A DNA stretch of 64,000 nt from a virus, in the IMG/VR virus record IMGVR_UViG_3300020463_002275, positions 117,935 through 181,934 of that record. One strand, written 5' to 3'. Shown here piece after piece: positions 56,070 through 64,000 of the stretch. The position numbers were made by a program, and so were the translations under genes. The notes beneath the pieces are model-generated. The model did no database searches and was not told the origin of the DNA. It saw only the letters and a program-made list of their open reading frames with translations. Positions within the stretch are counted from its first letter, which is position 1; each line of letters begins with the position of its first letter.

Positions 56070-57650
56070 ATGAGCAAATCACTTGACGGCGTTTTAATTA
56101 AAAAAGCCAATAAAAGAGAAACATTTACAAATGAGCAAGTTGAGCAACTATTAAAATGTAGCGACAAAGAAAGAGGCTACGATTTTTTTGCTAGAAACTT
56201 TGCGTATATACAGCATCCTGTAAGAGGCAAATTGCTGTTCGATCCATATGAATATCAAACAAGATTGCTTCAAAGTTATCATGACCATAGATTCAATGTT
56301 AACATGTTGCCTAGACAAACAGGAAAAACTACTTGTGCCGCAATTTATTTGTTGTGGTTTGCTATGTTTGTTCCTGATCAAACTATATTAATTGCCGCAC
56401 ACAAATATACAGGTGCTCAAGAAATTATGCAACGTATTAGATACGGATATGAAATGTGTGCAGATCATATTCGAGCAGGAGTTACAAACTACAATAAAGG
56501 CTCAATAGAATTTGAAAATGGTTCACGTATTGTAAGTGCTACAACAACAGGCAATACAGGACGTGGTATGAGTATATCATTATTATACTGTGACGAGTTT
56601 GCATTTGTGCAACCTAATGTTGCTACAGATTTTTGGACTTCTATATCTCCAACACTAGCAACTGGTGGTCGTGCAATTCTTACAAGCACTCCTAACTCAG
56701 ACGAAGATACATTTGCTACCATATGGAAACAAGCAGAAGATAAATTTGACGAGCATGGCAACGAACAAGAATTAGGTAAAAACGGATTTCATAGTTTTCG
56801 AAGTTACTGGCAAGAACATCCTGACAGAGATGACGTTTGGAAAAAAGAAGAATTAGGACGCATAGGTGAAGAACGGTTCCGACGTGAATACGAATGTGAA
56901 TTTTTAGTTTATGACGAAACATTAATTAATGCAATAAAACTTGCGGCAATGGAAGGTGGTAATCCTATTATTAATATGGGACAAACACGTTGGTATAAAA
57001 AACCTAGTCCAGAGTTTACATATGCAGTAGCACTTGATCCTAGTATGGGAACAGGTGGAGACAATGCCGCTATACAAGTTTTTGAACTACCAAGTTATGA
57101 GCAAATTGCAGAATGGCAACACAATACTACAGCAATTCCAGCACAAATAAGAATAATGACAGATATATGCAAACACATAGAAAAAGAAACAGGCGATCCA
57201 AATACAATTTATTGGAGTGTTGAAAACAACGGATTAGGGGAAGCGGCCTTAATTGTTATAAACGACTTTGGCGAAGAGAATATACCAGGATTGTTTGTGA
57301 GTGAACCTATAAGAAAAGGGCATGTAAGAAAGTTTCGTAAAGGATTTAATACCACACATAGTTCAAAAGTTACTGCTTGTAGTAGACTTAAAACTATGAT
57401 CGAAAATGATAAAATGATATTACACAGCAAACCTTTCATTACTGAACTTAAAAATTACGTAGCAACTGGTTCAAGTTACCAAGCAAAACTAGGGCAAACA
57501 GACGATCTTATAAGTGCAACGCTGTTAGCCATAAGAATGATGGATGTATTAAAGGATTGGGATCCTAGAATCTATGATACTTTTAATCAAGCAGAGCAAC
57601 ATGGTGACTATGTTGAGCCAATGCCAATCTTCGTTACTAACAATTATTGA
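56070..57650 (+). CDS. gp17: Terminase large subunit
   Basis: YQ..LL, PRQTGKTT (Walker A), LYCDEFAF (Walker B), TSTPN, FRREYECEF, VALDPS, ENN, DDL. Confidence 0.93.
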   Translation: MSKSLDGVLIKKANKRETFTNEQVEQLLKCSDKERGYDFFARNFAYIQHPVRGKLLFDPYEYQTRLLQSYHDHRFNVNMLPRQTGKTTCAAIYLLWFAMFVPDQTILIAAHKYTGAQEIMQRIRYGYEMCADHIRAGVTNYNKGSIEFENGSRIVSATTTGNTGRGMSISLLYCDEFAFVQPNVATDFWTSISPTLATGGRAILTSTPNSDEDTFATIWKQAEDKFDEHGNEQELGKNGFHSFRSYWQEHPDRDDVWKKEELGRIGEERFRREYECEFLVYDETLINAIKLAAMEGGNPIINMGQTRWYKKPSPEFTYAVALDPSMGTGGDNAAIQVFELPSYEQIAEWQHNTTAIPAQIRIMTDICKHIEKETGDPNTIYWSVENNGLGEAALIVINDFGEENIPGLFVSEPIRKGHVRKFRKGFNTTHSSKVTACSRLKTMIENDKMILHSKPFITELKNYVATGSSYQAKLGQTDDLISATLLAIRMMDVLKDWDPRIYDTFNQAEQHGDYVEPMPIFVTNNY

Positions 57651-57656
57651 TAAATA
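57649..57656 (+). promoter_or_regulatory. Late-like promoter GATAAATA
   Basis: GATAAATA-TTAGC-ATG(57662). Confidence 0.65.
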
Positions 57657-57661
57657 TTAGC

Positions 57662-59581
57662 ATGAAAGACTTAAATAAAATTGGCGAAGAACTGTTTTCT
57701 AAACTACGTGGTAGGTTCAAAAATATCACGATAGGCAATGAAGAAGGTATTACTACTAATATGCCAGCAGAATCACGTTTTTATGAATTTACATATGGTG
57801 ATCAAGGTGGTAAAGTAAGTGTTAGTTTAGATGAAGATAGTGTTGTTGTAATGTATAGTGAAGACTTATTTGACTCTAACAACGCATCAATGAAAACAAA
57901 ATGGTACGATTTTTTAAAAGAAATGAGAGTATTTGCCAAGAAAAGAATGTTAAACTTTGAAGTAAGAGACATACAAAAGTCTAACTTAGAAAAGAGAGAT
58001 TACAAATTCTTATCTAATAAGAACGGAGATAACACCATGACAGAATCAACGATGTATGGAACTAGCAAAACTAGTTACCAGAATATAGCAGATGCAAGAA
58101 TTTGTGTCAAGCATAGCGAAAACATAAACCAAGAACTAGCAGGCGGACGCTCACAAAAGATTGGAAGCATTTATATTGAAAGTGCAAACGGCGAACGTTT
58201 TAAATATCCATACAAACATTTGAATGGTGCTAGAGCGATGGCAATGCACGTAGCAGAAGGCGGCAACATGTACGATGACTTTGGCAAGCACATTGTTGGG
58301 TTATCAGAAGAAATGAACAAACTACGTAAGTTCAAAACATATATGTCAAGAAGCAGTGTCATGGCTGAAGGTCTTGCAGATTATATGGATGTTGTAAACG
58401 AGCGTATTGATACAGTTAAAAACACAGTAGCAAAATTACAAAATAAAAAATATTACAAAGAAGCAACTGACAATTTCCAAAGTGTTGTACTTGAAGAAGT
58501 TCCAGAAGATGTTGCTACAGATTGGACTGCACAACTTACAATCAAACAGTTCAATGAAGAACTTAAAAGTGTGTTCCCTTACATATATAAATTAGTAAGT
58601 GAAGCAAACAAAGTAAAAGAATTAGGACCAGAAGATTTATTAGGTGAAGAACTTAAAGATAAAGAAGATTACATGGCTAAGAAAAAAGCATTGCAAGATA
58701 TTCAAATGAATCCTAACACACACAAAGATAAAAAATTAACGAAAGAACTTATGCGTAAAAAAGCAGAACTAGACGACCAAGGAAAATCCGCAGGATATAA
58801 AGAAGCAGACTCTATGGGAATGAACAAGTATGGACTTGCGGCAGAGAAAAAAGGCGATAAGTTTATCTCATATAGAAACGGTGAAAAAACAGGCGAGTTC
58901 GATTCTATGGAAGAACTTTCAAAACACCAACATGATTTAATTGCAGATGAATCAACTATTCCAACAGAAGCAGACATTGATGCAGGCTTTGAAAACATGA
59001 TGGGCCAATTTGCTGAGAAATCAAAACCAGACTATATTGATATTGACAATGATGGTGACGAAGAAGAGCCTATGACAAAAGCAATTGATGACAAAGAAAA
59101 TGATGACGATGAAGAAGCAGAAGAAGGCAATGCATTTGCTCATGCAGTACGCAAAGCAAAAATGGACGGTAAGAAAAAAGGTGATAAAATAGATCATCCA
59201 GATGATGACGAAGAAGATATCACACTAGAAAAAGAACAAAAAATGCCGTTACCAGAAAAGATTTTATCATTGTTTGATAGAGAAACAGGTGCTTTTCCAA
59301 AAGGCGAAACAGCAGTATTAACAATGGTTGAAAAAGACTATGGTGAAAACTTTATTGAGCCAGCAAAGCAGTTTATTGAAAAAATTATGCAAAAGTATGA
59401 AGATGTAATTACTGGTCCAGCAGTGCAAGAAATGGAAGCAGAGCATGAGCCAGAAAAAGTTACATTGGCTGTTACAGCAGATATAAACGCTTTAAAAAGA
59501 GCGGCAGGCATCGAAGAAACCAAAAGAACGGTATCTACCAACAAAGATTTGTTAAATATCAAAGCATTAGCAGGACTATAA
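57662..59581 (+). CDS. Large acidic hypothetical protein, putative internal/prohead protein
   Basis: Start placed at MKDL (ORF track uses TTG 57647); ordered N-terminal half, modular acidic C-terminal half with x-E sites and a DIDNDG loop. Confidence 0.55.
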   Translation: MKDLNKIGEELFSKLRGRFKNITIGNEEGITTNMPAESRFYEFTYGDQGGKVSVSLDEDSVVVMYSEDLFDSNNASMKTKWYDFLKEMRVFAKKRMLNFEVRDIQKSNLEKRDYKFLSNKNGDNTMTESTMYGTSKTSYQNIADARICVKHSENINQELAGGRSQKIGSIYIESANGERFKYPYKHLNGARAMAMHVAEGGNMYDDFGKHIVGLSEEMNKLRKFKTYMSRSSVMAEGLADYMDVVNERIDTVKNTVAKLQNKKYYKEATDNFQSVVLEEVPEDVATDWTAQLTIKQFNEELKSVFPYIYKLVSEANKVKELGPEDLLGEELKDKEDYMAKKKALQDIQMNPNTHKDKKLTKELMRKKAELDDQGKSAGYKEADSMGMNKYGLAAEKKGDKFISYRNGEKTGEFDSMEELSKHQHDLIADESTIPTEADIDAGFENMMGQFAEKSKPDYIDIDNDGDEEEPMTKAIDDKENDDDEEAEEGNAFAHAVRKAKMDGKKKGDKIDHPDDDEEDITLEKEQKMPLPEKILSLFDRETGAFPKGETAVLTMVEKDYGENFIEPAKQFIEKIMQKYEDVITGPAVQEMEAEHEPEKVTLAVTADINALKRAAGIEETKRTVSTNKDLLNIKALAGL

Positions 59582-59623
59582 AGGTCCTACTATAAGTTTT
59601 TTAAGTTTTTCTTCAAAAAAGAC

Positions 59624-59652
59624 TTGACATTGTTAGCAGTTTAGTATATAAT
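59624..59652 (+). promoter_or_regulatory. Perfect sigma70 promoter
   Basis: TTGACA-N17-TATAAT. Confidence 0.85.
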
Positions 59653-59717
59653 AACAACTGTGCTACTAACAAATTAAGGCACAAAGGCTATAAGGCAAAC
59701 TACAGGAGGCATATATT

Positions 59718-60719
59718 ATGGCATCATTAGCAGAGATCAGAGCAAAACTGAAAGAACAAGAATCACGCACAGGTGGTTCTCAAAGCGGCGGCGGCGATAA
59801 CGCAATTTACCCATTTTGGAATATGAAGGAAGGCGAGAGTGCAACACTACGTTTTCTTCCTGATGGCAACGAAAACAATACGTTTTTCTGGACAGAAAGA
59901 CTTATGATTAAATTGCCTTTTCCAAGTGTGAAAGGTGAAGCAGGTAGTAAGCCTGTTCAAGTACAAGTACCATGTATGGAAATGTATGGCGATACTTGTA
60001 ATATCCTAAACGAAGTTCGTGGTTGGTTTAAAGATCCAAGTCTTGAAGACATGGGTAGAAAGTATTGGAAAAAGCGTTCATACGTATTCCAAGGTTTCGT
60101 AACTGAGAATCCAATTGGCGAAGATTCAACTCCAGAAAATCCAATTAGACGTTTTATTATTGGTCCACAAATTTTCCAAATTATTAAGCAGGCGCTTATG
60201 GATCCGGATATGGAAGAATTACCAACAGATTATACTGCTGGTGTAGACTTCCGTCTTAACAAAACATCAAAAGGTGGGTACGCTGACTACTCAACATCTA
60301 ACTGGGCACGTAGAGATCGTCCATTAGGTGATGCAGAAATGAATGCCGTGAATAAAAATGGTTTATTCAATCTTAGTGACTTCCTTCCTAAGAAGCCAGA
60401 CGAAATGGGTGTCAAAGTAATGCATGAGATGTTTGAAGCATCTGTTGACGGACAACCATATGATGCAGATCGTTGGTCACAATATTTCCGTCCATCAGGT
60501 ATGGCGGCAAGAACTGGTGATCCAAACGTAGCACCAAGTCCTAATGCAACGGCTGTAAGTCAAAGTGCTCCGGCAGAAACTGCTCCAGCACCTCAAGCAA
60601 CTCCTGCTCCAGTAGCAGAAACTGCTCCAGTGGCTCCGGCAACACCAGCGGCAGATGCACCTGCTGAAGGCAATGCAAGTGACATTTTGGCAATGATTCG
60701 CTCAAGGCAGAATCAATAA
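59718..60719 (+). CDS. gp32: Single-stranded DNA-binding protein (T4 gp32-like)
   Basis: LRFLPD, VPC, YWKK, IRRF..GPQI, G.DF.L.K, GYADY..S.W; SD AGGAGG; precedes uvsX. Confidence 0.85.
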   Translation: MASLAEIRAKLKEQESRTGGSQSGGGDNAIYPFWNMKEGESATLRFLPDGNENNTFFWTERLMIKLPFPSVKGEAGSKPVQVQVPCMEMYGDTCNILNEVRGWFKDPSLEDMGRKYWKKRSYVFQGFVTENPIGEDSTPENPIRRFIIGPQIFQIIKQALMDPDMEELPTDYTAGVDFRLNKTSKGGYADYSTSNWARRDRPLGDAEMNAVNKNGLFNLSDFLPKKPDEMGVKVMHEMFEASVDGQPYDADRWSQYFRPSGMAARTGDPNVAPSPNATAVSQSAPAETAPAPQATPAPVAETAPVAPATPAADAPAEGNASDILAMIRSRQNQ

Positions 60720-60728
60720 GAAATAATA

Positions 60729-60789
60729 CCCAGTGCGAAACCGGAATAGAGATTCATGGTTTACCTGTCAACATTCCAAAAGCACTGGG
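60729..60789 (+). ncRNA. Candidate structured RNA between gp32 and uvsX
   Basis: Perfect 8-bp closing stem CCCAGTGC/GCACTGGG enclosing AAACC/GGTTT and GAAT/ATTC stems. Confidence 0.45.
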
Positions 60790-60811
60790 ATAACTTTAAC
60801 AAGGAAAAACT

Positions 60812-61906
60812 ATGGCTAAATCATTCGACGTTAGTAAGTTCCGCAAGGACTTAACTAAATCTATCTCAGGCATGAGTAGTGGCTTTAATGATCCTACAGA
60901 TTGGATTTCAACAGGCTCGTATGCACTAAACTATCTAGTATCAGGCGACTTTAATAAAGGTGTGCCACTAGGTAAAGTAACAGTGTTTGCAGGTGAATCA
61001 GGCGCAGGTAAATCTTACTTTTGCTCTGGTAACATTGTAAAACACGCACAAGATCAAGGTATCTTTGTTGTATTAATTGACTCAGAGAATGCACTTGATG
61101 AAAGTTGGTTACAAGCATTAAACGTTGACACAAGTGAAGAGAAACTTCTCAAACTAAACATGTCAATGATTGATGATGTAGCAAAAACTATATCAACATT
61201 TATGGATGACTACAAAGCAATGACGGAAGAAGACCGTCCTAAGGTATTGTTTGTAGTTGATTCGTTAGGTATGTTACTAACACCTACTGATATCGATCAG
61301 TTTAACAAAGGTGATATGAAAGGTGATATGGGTCGTAAACCTAAGCAGTTGACCGCACTTGTTCGTAACACAGTTAATATGATTGGTTCACATAACGTAG
61401 GCTTAGTATGTACTAACCACACTTATGCATCACAGGATATGTTTGATCCAGATGATAAGATTAGTGGCGGTCAAGGCTTTATCTATGCATCAAGTATTGT
61501 TGTTGCAATGAAAAAACTTAAATTAAAAGAAGACGAAGCCGGTAACAAGATATCAGAAGTACGTGGTATTAGAGCAGGCTGTAAAGTAATGAAGACACGT
61601 TACAGTAAGCCATTCGAAGGCGTACAAGTAAAGATTCCATATGAAACAGGTATGAATCCTTATAGTGGTCTTGTTGAATTATTTGAGAAAAAAGGCTTGT
61701 TAGAAAAACAAGGTAATAGACTCAAGTACATTGATATGAAAGGTGAAGAACATATCGACTATCGTAAAGCATGGATAGGCGAAAAACTCGATTTGATTAT
61801 GTCGGAATATGCTGAAAAAACAGCACCTGTGGTAAATACCGAAGAAGATGATGCGGTTCTAGCAGAAACTGAAAATCAAATTGAGGAACTTTCTACACAT
61901 GAATGA
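60812..61906 (+). CDS. uvsX: RecA-like recombinase
   Basis: STGSYALN, AGESGAGKS (Walker A), IDSENALD, VVDSLGML, NHTY, SGGQG, KTRY. Confidence 0.93.
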   Translation: MAKSFDVSKFRKDLTKSISGMSSGFNDPTDWISTGSYALNYLVSGDFNKGVPLGKVTVFAGESGAGKSYFCSGNIVKHAQDQGIFVVLIDSENALDESWLQALNVDTSEEKLLKLNMSMIDDVAKTISTFMDDYKAMTEEDRPKVLFVVDSLGMLLTPTDIDQFNKGDMKGDMGRKPKQLTALVRNTVNMIGSHNVGLVCTNHTYASQDMFDPDDKISGGQGFIYASSIVVAMKKLKLKEDEAGNKISEVRGIRAGCKVMKTRYSKPFEGVQVKIPYETGMNPYSGLVELFEKKGLLEKQGNRLKYIDMKGEEHIDYRKAWIGEKLDLIMSEYAEKTAPVVNTEEDDAVLAETENQIEELSTHE

Positions 61907-62135
61907 AGAACAAATACAGGAAGTCTGGACGTTATTTAAAGAATATCTAGATAAAAAACATATCGAAACTGCGGCAGAACGTTATGTAGATCTGTTAGCG
62001 GATATGGGAACGCAAGATAACACATTCAATGAATCAATGGGATCTTGTGAAATACTTGATAATGCAATTAGGTATTACTTAGACGATGACGAAGAGGTAT
62101 ACGATGATGAAGATGGATTTAATTGGGATGAATAA
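61899..62135 (+). CDS. Small acidic hypothetical protein
   Basis: Start placed at MNEEQ by SD GAGGA (ORF track start is 61881); lies between uvsX and uvsY. Confidence 0.6.
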   Translation: MNEEQIQEVWTLFKEYLDKKHIETAAERYVDLLADMGTQDNTFNESMGSCEILDNAIRYYLDDDEEVYDDEDGFNWDE

Positions 62136-62587
62136 TGTGGTATAGTGAAGTATCTAGAAACATAAACAGGATACCTGATGCAGTTGCATACTTTGAATCA
62201 GAACTAAATGATGCAAAGAATGAAGTAAAACTTAAAGGTAATGTTGAACGTGCTTCTAGTGCAATGCCAGGTATTGTTGAACATAGATTCAACCAACTTC
62301 AAGAAATTGAAGCAATCTTAAATTATTTGAATATCGAACTACGTAGATTGCGTAGTTCGTATTTCAAAAAATATCTTGAAAATTATCAACGTGCTTTGTC
62401 TAGCAGAGATGTTGAGAAGTATGTCGACGGAGAAGCAGATGTCGTTGACTATGAAAAAATTATAAATGAATTCGCCCTCATGCGTAACAAATGGTTAGGA
62501 GTCTTAAAAGGCCTTGACCAGAAGCAGTGGCAGATAACTAATATTGTAAAGTTAAGAGTCGCTGGCATGGAGGACGCATCTGTTTAA
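62135..62587 (+). CDS. uvsY: Recombination mediator
   Basis: Helical; KYLENY...RDVEKYVDGEAD...LKGLDQKQWQITN..K. Confidence 0.75.
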   Translation: MWYSEVSRNINRIPDAVAYFESELNDAKNEVKLKGNVERASSAMPGIVEHRFNQLQEIEAILNYLNIELRRLRSSYFKKYLENYQRALSSRDVEKYVDGEADVVDYEKIINEFALMRNKWLGVLKGLDQKQWQITNIVKLRVAGMEDASV

Positions 62588-63384
62588 TGTACACATTTGT
62601 TACTAGCCTAAACAAGGCATATTGGAATTCAACTTCCAAAATTAATATTAATAGTTGGGTAGAATGTTTACCTGACGATGTAAACATTGTAATTTACAGT
62701 GAAGAAGATATCGACATTGGTATTTTTCCAGAGCCACGTGTAAGTTTAAAGCCACTATACAACTGCAAACCATTATTAGAGTTCATGAATAAACATAAAG
62801 ATGATCCGCATTATAATGGACAAATTGGCTGTAAGTTAGAAGGTAGTAGTAAATCATTTAAATGGAAGGGCATAAAATTTGCACACAAAACATTTGCAAT
62901 CTTTGAAGAAGCAAAACATTTAGAAAAAGGAAAACTTTTTTGGTTAGATGCAGATGTATTAATGCATAATACTATTGATCATGAATATTTAGATTATCTA
63001 TTACCTGATACAAAAGCAATATCATACTTAGGACGTCCAAAAGAATATGACGAATGCGGGCTTATGGGATATAATTTAAACACTACATTTGCAAAAGATT
63101 TTTTAAAAAGATATGAAAATGAATACGAAGGTGGCTTAGAACATCTTCGAGAAACACACGATAGTTGGATATTCTTTCAATTAAGATTAGGTTATGAAGA
63201 TCAAACACCTTTCTTAAATTTAAATCCTACACCTAAAGACAACAAAAGCCCATTTAATAATAGTGGGATTAATAGTCATATGGTACATACAAAAGGTAAA
63301 AGCAAAGAAAGATTACAACAAAAATTCCTTAAACGTTTTGCATTACAAAAGGCAAGAGAACAACGAGAACTATTAAATGGCTAA
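62587..63384 (+). CDS. GT-A fold glycosyltransferase
   Basis: TFVTS, FAHKTFAI, FWLDADV (DxD), ECGLMGYNL, HDSWIF, H.KG. Confidence 0.7.
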   Translation: MYTFVTSLNKAYWNSTSKININSWVECLPDDVNIVIYSEEDIDIGIFPEPRVSLKPLYNCKPLLEFMNKHKDDPHYNGQIGCKLEGSSKSFKWKGIKFAHKTFAIFEEAKHLEKGKLFWLDADVLMHNTIDHEYLDYLLPDTKAISYLGRPKEYDECGLMGYNLNTTFAKDFLKRYENEYEGGLEHLRETHDSWIFFQLRLGYEDQTPFLNLNPTPKDNKSPFNNSGINSHMVHTKGKSKERLQQKFLKRFALQKAREQRELLNG

Positions 63385-63964
63385 AGGACGTATTAATCCA
63401 AATATTCCTATACATCTAGGAGGACATGCAGATAAAACACATAAAGATAGAGGAACACTATGTTGGGCTATTGAAAAACTTCAAGTACAATCTTTATTAG
63501 ATGTTGGGTGTGGCCCAGGAGGCATGGTCGAACTTGCTGACAAATTAGGTGTTAGTGCTTATGGTATCGATGGAGATTATACTCTTGAAAGATACAATGA
63601 ATCAAAATTTATGATACACGACTTTACAAAAGGACCTGCTCCTGTAAGTGGTAATTATGATTTAGCATGGAGTGTTGAATTTGTAGAACATGTGTACGAA
63701 GAATATATACCTAACTATATACAGGCAATGCAAAAGTGTAAATTTTTAATTATGACTTATGCACCTGTAGGACAAGGCGGGCATCATCATGTGAATGAAA
63801 ATACAGAAGAGTATTGGATAAAGACTATGTCTAATTATGGTTTCAAATACCTTAAAGACTTGAGCGAAGAAATGCGTAGGCATTCTACAATGGGTACAAA
63901 AAAGAAACATAGATTTCTTGCAAGAACAGGATTACTTTTCAAAAATGAACGTAGTAGCAATTAA
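63377..63964 (+). CDS. Class I SAM-dependent methyltransferase
   Basis: LLDVGCGPGG, GIDG, HDF, YDLAWSVEFVEH, GGHHHVNE. Confidence 0.8.
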   Translation: MAKGRINPNIPIHLGGHADKTHKDRGTLCWAIEKLQVQSLLDVGCGPGGMVELADKLGVSAYGIDGDYTLERYNESKFMIHDFTKGPAPVSGNYDLAWSVEFVEHVYEEYIPNYIQAMQKCKFLIMTYAPVGQGGHHHVNENTEEYWIKTMSNYGFKYLKDLSEEMRRHSTMGTKKKHRFLARTGLLFKNERSSN

Positions 63965-64000
63965 AGAATTACTATGGAGTTGGCATCCTTTACCTAGCAC
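63945..64000 (+). CDS. 5' end of the next ORF (truncated)
   Basis: ATG 63945 opens MNVVAIKELLWSWHPLPS to the window edge, overlapping the previous stop. Confidence 0.4.
   Translation, partial: MNVVAIKELLWSWHPLPS

Noticed and set aside
56070-57650. Possible intein or intron in terminase (also checked in uvsX)
   Set aside because: Continuous ORFs of ordinary length with motifs in order; no splice-junction motifs seen.
1-64000. tRNA, rRNA, CRISPR, integrase or transposase; stop-codon recoding
   Set aside because: None recognised by eye. Long ORFs tile the window under the standard code and use TAA, TAG and TGA as stops. A tRNAscan-SE/Infernal run would be needed to fully exclude small RNAs.
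1-64000. Assigning a specific host or phage genus
   Set aside because: AT-richness, SD use and gene content are only suggestive; no sequence comparison could be run.

Overview
This is a 64-kb, AT-rich, gene-dense segment of a large T4-superfamily myophage. A marine origin and jumbo size are inferred from the gene repertoire, not proven. (1) Bases 1-37063 are a plus-strand block of virion appendage genes. It holds two pairs of ~1600-1700 aa paralogous fibre proteins with swapped insert domains, small partner proteins, Cys-rich/Gly-rich adhesin-like paralogs, a GT9 + SGNH + carbamoyltransferase unit and a 2475-aa repeat fibre. (2) Bases 37054-43727 are a minus-strand unit: gp14, gp15, Nudix, then an ADP-heptose operon (hldE, hldD, cupin, gmhB) and a 2OG-Fe(II) oxygenase. 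(3) Bases 43783-59581 carry gp13, 2OG oxygenases, dNMP kinase, sheath, tube, gp4, the terminase subunits and putative prohead-core proteins. (4) Bases 59718-64000 carry gp32, uvsX, uvsY, a glycosyltransferase and a methyltransferase. T4-late-like (A)TAAATA motifs and sigma70 promoters are visible, and several sit 4-6 nt from an ATG, implying leaderless mRNAs. The best candidate for an undescribed system is phage-encoded heptosylation/decoration of its own fibres: an ADP-heptose pathway with a cupin where gmhA would be, a GT9 in the fibre operon, and D-S-S/T loop insertions in fibre repeats. The fibres also carry possible cofactor modules: phycobiliprotein-like C-x-R-D repeats, an intact type-1 copper site and ~10% Cys adhesins. 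All calls come from reading motifs by eye; no database search was run. No tRNA, rRNA, CRISPR array, intron or intein was recognised.
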